A stretch of 57,906 nt of DNA, counting the filler, from Sphacelaria rigidula (lineage: Eukaryota): NCBI GenBank assembly GCA_964200075.2. It is 5 parts of 5 records of this genome, joined end to end, with 100 filler letters (N's around TTAATTAATTAA, not from the genome) between each part and the next. Parts side by side here need not be neighbours in the genome. Positions count along the whole stretch, not along the records: positions 46,407 to 57,906 come from CAXNAA020004859.1; 4 more parts are not named here. The stretch is one strand, 5' to 3'. Positions 49,727 through 57,906 of the stretch are shown here, in pieces; within the stretch, counting starts at the first letter, position 1, and each line of letters starts with the position of its first letter. The notes under the pieces were generated by a model that worked only from the letters and a program-made list of their open reading frames with translations, was not told the origin of the DNA and ran no database searches. The translations under genes and the position numbers were made by a program.

Positions 49727-49855
49727 CACGATCCCATGCGGCGTCTGGGCAATCAGAAATGTCTTTCCCTTGTCCACCATGTCCTGTAGTGCTTGACGGT
49801 CTTCAAAAACGGTCTCGAAGTTGAAGTACGTCTTCCACACGCCCAACAGTGGGTG
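49727..49855 (-). CDS. DGAT2: DGAT2-family exon (HPLLGVWKTYFNF...FLIAQTPHGIV)
   Basis: WxxYF and PHG blocks; ctgcag acceptor and gtaagt donor; 43 codons. Confidence 0.88.
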
Positions 49856-50034
49856 CTGCAGGTGCTGAGGATCCGGCGTTCGGTATCTCAAACGTCTTTC
49901 GTTGTTAAAGGTTTGCAATTGGCGGCGGAGACGGCGACAGCGAGTCGAAGGTATTCAAATTGGATATTCGGTTATTCGACTTCATTTTGCATTGAGTATC
50001 GCAATTAGTTTTGTAGCTGCCCATGTGTGCCGCC

Positions 50035-50175
50035 GCGCCCTGGGTCAAATGGTACAGCTTCGCCATTCGGTCAGACGAAGGTGGGTTCGAAGCCCAGAAG
50101 GTGCGTTCGGGTTACCTATTGTTCATGCACCTGATTTCCGTCGTTAACACATGAGGGTGCGAGCAGAAAACGACT
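50035..50175 (+). mobile_element. tRNA-derived SINE-like element
   Basis: A-box-like tgggtcaaatgg (50041), B-box ggttcgaagcc (50084-50094); body resembles the 51300-51460 copy. Confidence 0.5.
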
Positions 50176-50479
50176 GTATCTGATGAGATTCCATCCGGTG
50201 AGGAAGTGCTGATCCAATCGATGCGCGATACCGTGATGCAATCGGACGTATTCAGGGGGAGGGACGGGTTTGGCGCTTCAAATGACGGACTACGGAATCG
50301 CCACGGAGAAAGGTGTGTGTGAAAAGGAAGGAAAAGGAAGAAAAGTGTTACCAACATATTCATGCAGCATTTTACCCCCCACCAGGACGAGTCAATGGAA
50401 CCCCGGCGTGCTCCGTCCCGGCTTCGTAGGGGCGGAACCCCTTATGGGGTTGGCGTCGGTTGGCGACGACGCTGTAAAA

Positions 50480-50948
50480 CACGCCACTCACTGCGTAATC
50501 TAGGCAATCAGGTTGCCGATTTTGTTTGCGCGCTGTAGTTTTTGTTTTGCGGTAACCATGAGGGTGGTCGAGGTAGATATATTGTGCGGGATGGGAGAAC
50601 ATTAAGTCTGCGCAAAGGAAATGAACGTATTACGTAGTGTTTGAATGGTGAGACACCCATGAGGCAGTCTATAAACCGTCGCTGTCTCTCCAAGTGGCGA
50701 TACCAGAAAATGAAGCAACTCGTTATAGGCTGCCATCCAAATGCGAGATAACCAATATCCTTCGGGTCGAACAATCTCAGCAGGATGAAGCTCACCCTTC
50801 GTGCGAGTCGCCGAGCACACCACGGCGCTTCGCGCTTGGTGATTGACTACGAGCCTGGTCCGGCGAAACTCCGTCGTTCTCCGCCCCGGCTTTGTAGGGA
50901 TGAAATGTCAACGGTCATACGACTGTGGCATGCAAGACCGTGAGTACA
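50480..50948 (+). repeat. Dispersed repeat family A, long copy
   Basis: Collinear with 35165-35632; its 3' end is interrupted by MITE B. Confidence 0.85.
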
Positions 50949-51206
50949 GAGCAATGCTACGGTAGGGGCACACTTTTTGCGCAAACTCTCGTCTGTTTCA
51001 GGGGCTCCTAACGATGCTAGATGTGAAAAATATGGCTCAGGGCGTCCCCGTTTGCAAATTTATTCGGGAGATCCTCAGCACATTGAAACCGTAACCCTGG
51101 CGTCCCTCCACGTATTCCATAAGCTGTGTGCTGGATAAGATGAAGGGCTCTTAACAACTTTCACAGCGGAAGGAAATAGTTGCGCACCCCCGCCGTGGCA
51201 TCACTC
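50949..51206 (-). mobile_element. MITE family B copy nested in family A
   Basis: gagcaatgctacggtagggg ... ccccgccgtggcatcactc; flanks taca/caca. Confidence 0.85.
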
Positions 51207-51299
51207 CACACCCGCACGAGAGCCGGTAATTTGACGAGATCAGTTCGTCTCTCACCCTATAGTGGCCCTTACATTCCGGTGCCGCGGGTTGCATCAGCA

Positions 51300-51460
51300 C
51301 TATCGTCAGCGTTCTTTTGCTGCTCATGCTATCACACTTTCAACGACGGATTCCCTTTTTCTGTTTTGCCCCACAAATCGTACGGTATCTGTCGGGATTT
51401 GAACCCGCAATCTGTCGCCTTACCCGGCTTTTGTTGCACCCGTTCGACCACGGAGGCGCC
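51300..51460 (-). mobile_element. tRNA-derived SINE-like element
   Basis: Minus-strand A-box tggtcgaacgg (51440-51450) and B-box ggttcaaatcc (51395-51405). Confidence 0.5.
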
Positions 51461-51497
51461 GCGGTGGTACGGACTGATGATGCGGGATACACACAGG

Positions 51498-51705
51498 TGC
51501 AATGCTTGTGCGAACCGCGTGCGCTTTGGGCCGCATCAGAGTTCAAAACACCCCGGGACCGACGGTTTCCGATATTTTTCAAGACCGGTCGGGCCGGTAC
51601 CCGCAGAGACCGCGCCTCCGACCCTCACGGCGATCCTAACCTCAACCGTAGGGTGTTTCAGATCCGGTGCGGTTCGAAAAGCATGCGGTCCGCACACTCG
51701 TTACT
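51498..51705. mobile_element. Diverged relative of the telomere-repeat MITE
   Basis: tgcaatgc..aaccgcgtgc..ccgcatc / gtgcggttc..gcatgcggtcc inverted ends; decayed accctca/atcctaa/acctcaa units; flanks cagg/ctgg. Confidence 0.55.
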
Positions 51706-51918
51706 CTGGTACCTATAATGATGACACTGAAGAGCGAGTCAAGCATCCTAAACAATGAGATCGTATAGACAATATTTGCCGTGTCCATGGACGGCGATCA
51801 CTCAAAGCCAAAACAATTACTTGTGTGCTGAGTTACGTTTTGTCCACGATACTGGAGGTTTGCACCGGTACGGAACGCTTCGCTCTTACGAACTAGAACG
51901 GATGACTGATGCCATGGG

Positions 51919-52176
51919 GAGTTGATGCCGAGACAGCCCCCCCAAACCAGCGCCGAAACTGCCAAGAGGGACACGGTCGTACAGCGCATGATGATGGGTG
52001 GTTCCAGGCTGCGTGAAGAAGCCTCATATAGGCGCTATAGACAAAAACAATCCCAGGCGTAAGAGTACCCAGCAGCTGCTACTCGGTGCACTCCTATTTT
52101 GCCATTTCGATCCGCCCGTCGATTTTGCCTTGTCAAACCAGCCACTTTTCTAGGGGTTCTATCGGGACTTCACTAC
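51919..52176 (+). mobile_element. MITE family C copy (diverged)
   Basis: gtacagcgcatgatg..ggctgcgtgaagaagcctcatataggcg..gattttgcct aligns with the other three copies. Confidence 0.7.
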
Positions 52177-52591
52177 GTGATAGGGATGGACAAAACATGT
52201 CTCGGGTTTGAATTGTGAGTAGCCCGTTTGGTCATCGAAAACTTCACTTATTGTGCATGGTCAGGGCACGCCACAATTTTCATTCCAACGGGCTAGGGAT
52301 ATCTCGGATTGATTTTGAAACAGGAATGTCCCAACTCGTCTTCTTGTTGAGCTCCTAACGCAAGGAGTCCCTCAATGAGAAACATTTGGACCCGAGTGTG
52401 CAACCGATACCATGGTATGGCCCGGATGTGAGTACAGGTATTGCGCGTATGATGTACGTGTCGTGCGTAAGAACGTGGATTGCACCCAGTGCTTGAGGGG
52501 GATGCCGCCACGGCACGTCCTACAGGAAAGCCCGGCATCTCTTTACATACTATAGAGCACACGCAAGACCGTTCCAGGAAGGAAGCATTCA

Positions 52592-52950
52592 CACGCGGCC
52601 ATTTGGCTACCTCTCGAAATGCCCCCGGAGGGATGGGCCGCCCTCCGGAGGCAACACAAGCCCCCGGTGGCCTTCCATTCCTCTGGAACAAACCAAACAC
52701 TACCGTGTGGGAGGGCCGCACACCCCTCCGGAGGGGTGGGGGGGGGGTGGCAAGAATCCCCCTAGAGGGATGTGCGGCCCTCCGGAGGCAATTACAAGCC
52801 TCCGGAGGCGTTTCATCCCTATGAAGGAAAACAAAAAAATACTTTTCTCGAGGGTCGCGCACCCCGCCGGAGGCGTTCACTTCCTCTTGAGGCTCGAAGC
52901 GTTGACCGACCGCCCTGGAGGAATTTAAGGGGTGGCCAAATGGCCGCGTG
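52592..52950. mobile_element. GC-rich TIR element (CAC...GTG) with repeated cctccggagg palindromes
   Basis: cacgcggccatttggctacc versus ggtggccaaatggccgcgtg (19/20 inverted); four exact cctccggagg copies plus variants. Confidence 0.8.
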
Positions 52951-53951
52951 GGTGGCACATGGCTACGTGGACGCAGGATATGCTGCCCACAGCGATGATG
53001 GCGTCAGCAGTACTGGCACCGAATACTCTACAAAACATATATCATCGATCGAGAAAAGAGCACGACAAATAACCCGGGGGTGGAGATGTAAGGTAACCTC
53101 GAAATTTCAGAACTTTAGCAAAGAGGGCCGCGCATGTGACGGAAACGCTATGAACACAAAAAGGGTGACAAACATGACAGTAATGAGCCTATTTTGTGTC
53201 CCGAGCAGCTTTGCCTCTAGTTGCATGATTATACATACACACACATACATACAATGTTCCGCTTACCACGCGCAAGCACAAGGAGTATTGCTCGGATCCT
53301 AGTTGAGGCGTTCAACTCACTGAAAAGTAAAAAGGTACACCGATATGCCGAGGAGGCAGGTCGGCAGAACGCAGATGCCACAGCCCCACGACAACCGCAT
53401 GGTGTAGGCCAAGTATATCTCCGTCGCCGCGAAGGTCGCGGTTCCACCGAAACACACCTGTGTAGGTTTCGACAAGGCCGTCCGATGACACGGCTGTCAG
53501 GAAAGCTGGGGATGACGGAATTACTCAGATTGTCCGGGGTTGTGATGAAGGTGGGGGTAGTAAAAGTTGAAATCTCTGCGACAGCCACAACACGGCACCG
53601 CTGGTTCACAAGGGTACACACCATGGAAGGGATACGGCGATTTCCACCGTAATCCAGCGGTGACTATTATTCATACCACACGAGCGGCGAGCGCATGTCG
53701 TTTCGCGTACGTTCCGAAACTCAAACACATCTGGCCTTTTCCTTACAGTGGAGTTGCCGAAGATCGGTTTTGTCCACTGGCTCTTAGATGCCTCCACAAG
53801 TTCCCACGTAGCTCCAACTACGACGCTGCGCATTGTACAGCACTGCCGAAAGTGTGCCAAGGTTGCGCCACGCGAAACTGTTACAAGTCAACAACACTCC
53901 GGATCCTCTGGATATCGACGAGTGTATCTACATTTTCTAGCATGAACTCAC

Positions 53952-54128
53952 CAGCCACAACGTCGTCACGGCGATTAGCCTCGTGGAGTACGGCATCGTT
54001 TCCGTGACAGCAGCTAATCCGGGTAGGAGTCGCCTTGGTCGCATGGCAGCAACTACGAGTCCCACCAATGTTACCCACGACCAACAGAAGCGGTAAAATG
54101 ACTGTGAACCACGACCATGGCTCATCAT
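53952..54128 (-). CDS. Candidate upstream exon, possibly the DGAT2 N-terminus (...MPYSTRLIAVTTLWL)
   Basis: Strong gtgagt donor and hydrophobic peptide, but two frames are open and the link to DGAT2 is unproven. Confidence 0.3.
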
Positions 54129-54799
54129 TCGCGTGGATGCTCAGAGCATCCGGCTGACGGGGTGGTGCACATACGTTTGTACTGGGATCACGAACAATCC
54201 CAGGGCTACCCTCGTCATGGTGGAGACGGGAAAAGAGCACTAGTGCCTGTGCAGTTGCCAACAGGAGGATTCGGCGGGCAAGAGGGGCGGAGAGCAGGCG
54301 GGATAGCGGCACGTCAGCCCTGCACACTTGGTGTAGCGAATGCACGGGCTACCGGGTGCGATACACGTGGTCGGGTGAGATTTGCTGTGACCGCTATATA
54401 TCTATGAATTGTCACGCAGAGCACACGGCGAGTTCATTCACGCATGCAGCTGAAGCAAAAAAAGACAGCTTTGCTCCAAATCTTGATACCCAACTGGACG
54501 ACACCTTTGAGTTTTTGTCCGAGTCGGCGTCTGCTTCCGAAGAATCTACGTCTCGATATTCTTCGTTACTCGGCAGCGTGACTGGGACAAGCTGGGATGT
54601 CACGCTCGAATTCGCCACGGCCGTCTCTCTGCGGCAGCATACGCCCTATGCAGAGAGTTCATAATACCCAGCAGCCGTAGCGAACAAGAAAATACAGCAA
54701 GCAGCGGACGCGTTTCCGGCGGACGGAACTCAGCGAGACACGACATCAAGGCAAATGTATATGCTGAATGTGGGATGCCGGCGTTGTCGCGTATTCAGC

Positions 54800-55320
54800 T
54801 TGACTGTTCAAGCTTTGATATTGAAGGTCCAATTTAAGGATCAGGGGCCCAATTTGAGCCTTCGGTGCTTGACTTCAGAGTCCGAGCTTCACGTTGAACC
54901 TCCATACTGAAGCCTCGATCCACAGGCTCAAGCTCGGGGCTTCAACGTTACGGTTAGGGAATTGAAAACCCGAGACTCAACCTGAATGTCCAAAGTGAGA
55001 CCCGAGGATTCCACTCAAATCCCTGCCTCGAAGGCCCGCCTTCGACCAACAGCACAGATGTAAGGTAAGGACAACTGCAAGTTCAAAGTTGAAGCCTCAA
55101 CCTCAATCTGAAGCGCTTGTGTCGGAGCTTCAAGTCGACGGTTGAACGTTTAGATTGGGATTTCCATCTTCTGCGACGTACTGGTTGAGCCTCTTGCTTT
55201 GCATCGTTCGAAACACAATTTGACGACTCAAGTGGGCACTCGAATCATCAAGCTGAAAGTCCACGCTCAAAGTGGAGGTCAAGGCGTCGAAGTTCGGAGT
55301 AGGAGGTTCGAGTGAGGGCA
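54800..55320. repeat. Degenerate ttcaag/ttgaag-rich repeat
   Basis: Recurrent cttcaa, gttgaa and tcaag words on both strands. Confidence 0.45.
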
Positions 55321-55321
55321 C

Positions 55322-55480
55322 GAGTCATGCGATGGTAGGGTTGCAAGGAATATATGTCAGTCTTGAAATTTTTGGAGCCATCCATCTCATTCAAAACCTG
55401 ACTCGTGGAGTATGTGAGAGCACGCCACGGTTAGCATTCCGGTGGGCTAGGGATGTCTCAAGGTTTGCTAAACTCGACTA
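55322..55480 (+). mobile_element. Truncated MITE family B copy
   Basis: gagtcatgcgatggtaggg terminus; ggagcc..atctcattcaaaac..gagagcacgcca aligns with 12158-12300. Confidence 0.7.
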
Positions 55481-55668
55481 AACGATCGACGACAGAAAGG
55501 GACTGCCGAGCCGCTCTCGCGATAAACAGATGTAGACAAGAATCGCAGAAGCAAAGCGGAGAACTAAGACAAATGAAAACAAAAGAAAACGCCTGTGTTG
55601 GCCTTCCTCTTGTGTGACCCCACATACACCGAAATGTGTAGACCGGCGTCCAGAATAGGTGGGGTGAC

Positions 55669-55728
<60 letters not shown>
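55669..55728. repeat. (CA)n microsatellite
   Basis: Direct reading of the sequence. Confidence 0.97.
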
Positions 55729-55729
<1 letters not shown>

Positions 55730-55887
55730 CTCAAATGCGTCTTCAAAACGGAAATGTCCTGAGCCATTTCCATGTGTAGCCCCCGAGTTCAGGGACCCCG
55801 TAATGAGAAACATCCCGGCGCAAGTGTGCCTCCCCTACGCTGTCATGGTATGAGTCAGGCTGGTTTTTAAACGTTCACGTCCGACGT

Positions 55888-55956
55888 TCAGCGAAGCATC
55901 TTGGTCAAACCTGCGACCTTCGCGTTGAACCGCAGCCGCTGAACCGGAAGCTTCAA
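55888..55956 (-). CDS. Candidate terminal exon (LKLPVQRLRFNAKVAGLTKMLR*) of unknown protein
   Basis: aaacag acceptor; phase 0 matches the preceding exon. Confidence 0.35.
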   Translation of the reverse strand: MKLPVQRLRFNAKVAGLTKMLR

Positions 55957-56305
55957 CTGTTTGACAGTAGCCAGTTGCGCTGAAATTGGCCTCATTGCCG
56001 CTGTTTTCCTTCACTCCCCATTGAATGACCAGCACATTTTGTCTCATCTACATGGACATTAGGATATCCTTCACAACTAATCATGATGTGAGCTCCTGAT
56101 ACGTCGGGGGCGTGTGCTACGAGTCCATATAATAAAACCTGCCACGAAGCTACACGAGTTTTGTACCAGCTACAACGAGAATGCTTGCACACGTAAGTGC
56201 CCCTACAGTGAGGTCTTGCTATCACTGTAGCATGAGGTGTGTATCTATGCCCTGCGCAGCGGAATACTGTGGGAAACGATGAGTCCTATGGTGTTCATAT
56301 CTTAC

Positions 56306-56384
56306 CGGAAACGTTTTCTCGAAGAACACCTCGGTCAGGTCCCAATCGACTTCATACAAGGCGGTGAAGGGTACCGCATCAAGG
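56306..56384 (-). CDS. Exon of unknown protein (LDAVPFTALYEVDWDLTEVFFEKTFP)
   Basis: ggcag acceptor and gtaaga donor; phase 2 to 0, compatible with 56991-57266. Confidence 0.5.
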
Positions 56385-56990
56385 CTGCCGATACGTAGAA
56401 GCCAACGATGCCAACAGCGGGGAATGGAAGCATAGACGGTAGGAAGGGATGTTACAATGCCGACGGCATTAGCGCGTACTACTGTGAACATAGCTCCCCA
56501 ACCTCTTGGTCGTGGATCGTGGAGCTCTTACGGACTTCAGCCAGGTTCTGCTTCAAACATGAACCCCTCATCATATATACCTACCGACGAGAAACGCTCA
56601 CCACAGCAACGTTTGCCTCTTATATTGTTGTGCGGCGCACAGAAACCAAGCAGAAAAACTTGGTGTGTTGCCCGAAAACAAGCCGCAAAACATCGTCACG
56701 AAACGTCAGAGCGAACGTATGACATCAGAGACGCGAGTGCAAAACGCTGTGCACTCACCAACCTTCAAGCGAATATGGCCAAATCCTTTGATGCACGGCC
56801 GGCGAAGCGAGTGAGAATGAATATGTTCGGAGTCAAGATTGTGTATATCGACCTGAGATGTTCTGCACGCCGTACTACACCATTGGTCAGTGCCCGGTGT
56901 GCTCTCCGTATCGTCCGGTATCATCGTCCTGCTGCAGTACATCGAGCGTCTTTCACACGCACCCTTTTTCCGTGTTTTTTGTTTTTGCAC

Positions 56991-57266
56991 CTGGTCGGGG
57001 CATCCTCCCTCAAAGCCGTTTCTCCATCGTCACTGTCGACTGGAGCGATGCCTGCGTCATGTAGGTCCCAATCGTTGCCGTCATCGTTGTCGTCGTCGTC
57101 ATCACCGCCGCGGTTCCCGCCATCACGGTAGGCATGCGCCGAGGCGATGGCCTCGTAGACGATGACGGCGGTGCTGGTAAGACGGCTGTGGTCTACCTGA
57201 TTGGACGCCGGCACGGGCGTAGGCACATCTGCCTCTGTTTCGACGATGCTAGGCTCTTTGAACACC
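56991..57266 (-). CDS. Exon of unknown protein with an Asp-rich tract
   Basis: ttccctag acceptor and AG|gtgcaa donor; 91 open codons including GGDDDDDNDDGNDWD. Confidence 0.6.
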
Positions 57267-57906
57267 CTAGGGAAATCATGGTAGGGAATGGGGGCAGAAA
57301 TGCATGGGGGATGAAAACGAAGCGACCAGAAGAACGAGGGGTGTTTGGGGAGGGGGGGTGAGAATGTGTGTGACGTATTTCATATAGTTGTGTGACCGAA
57401 CAGGCCGGTGATGGCGTGTCAAATATCTCGATTTCGTTCAATGACGTTGAGATCATTCACGAGACAGTCATCAATGCCGTCTGCTCTCGATAGCTGGGGA
57501 CAGGAAGCCCCATACAAGAGCGCAGACAGGAGGGTGGTAGACAGGGCGTAAGGTTGTCTCAATCCGACGCACTTAGAAGCGCATTTACTATGCTTCACGT
57601 ACTCGTTACTCTTTACGCGCCACACGCATGTAGCTATTGCGGCGTAATACTGTGGTCGGTATCGAAGTGGGACTGTCGATCTTCATCCCAATGTAAATAT
57701 TTTGAGCATGTAAAGGGCTTGTTCTAGCCGCCACCTTCTGGGTTCAAATCCCACGAAAAATATGTCAATATAGCACGTCCGTACAACACGACGGTTCTAG
57801 CTTGCACAAAATTACAACCTTCTCTTCTCAGATGAGATTTTATTTCAGTGCAAATTAGGAGCTCGTCCACACCAGTAAGCTGAGGAAAAGAGCCCCCCCC
57901 CCCCCC

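Noticed and set aside
19861..49855. Functional cluster of PGAM, AlkB, ATAD3 and DGAT2 genes
   Set aside because: The genes sit on different contigs joined artificially.
51798..52040. Hydrophobic N-terminal DGAT2 exon (MRCTTVSLLAVSALVWGG...)
   Set aside because: Lies mostly within a family C MITE copy; exonisation cannot be excluded but there is no support for it.
57735..57760. tRNA gene (ggttcaaatccc B-box; also ggttcgaatc at about 17652)
   Set aside because: No convincing A-box or cloverleaf around either site.

Overview
This is eukaryotic, intron-rich, roughly 50% GC DNA, most likely from a brown alga or related photosynthetic stramenopile. That assignment is inferred from the GT-AG exon structure, TTAGGG repeats and a signal-peptide+'AF' plastid-type presequence. 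It is NOT one locus: five unrelated contigs (11505, 11501, 11500, 11500, 11500 bp) are joined by artificial 100-bp N44-TTAATTAATTAA-N44 spacers. Most ORF-track entries are spurious, and real genes had to be assembled from exons by hand. The partial spliced genes found are a tentative ankyrin-like gene (contig 1, minus); a putative plastid-targeted unknown protein head-to-head with a histidine phosphatase/PGAM gene (contig 2); an AlkB-family dioxygenase (contig 3); an ATAD3-like AAA ATPase (contig 4); and a DGAT2/MOGAT-family acyltransferase plus an unknown acidic protein (contig 5). The rest is dense in mobile DNA: two long degraded RTE-like LINEs, further LINE, copia and gypsy remnants, tRNA-derived SINE-like heads and many MITE families. 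The most interesting structures are a 6.4-kb TIR/8-bp-TSD element carrying a nested LINE and an ATATATT motif array; two loop-less palindromic (foldback) elements, one sharing that element's TIR; MITEs carrying telomeric repeats; and GAG...CTC MITE families with 4-bp TSDs. I found no CRISPR array, rRNA, intact tRNA or convincingly new multi-gene system.
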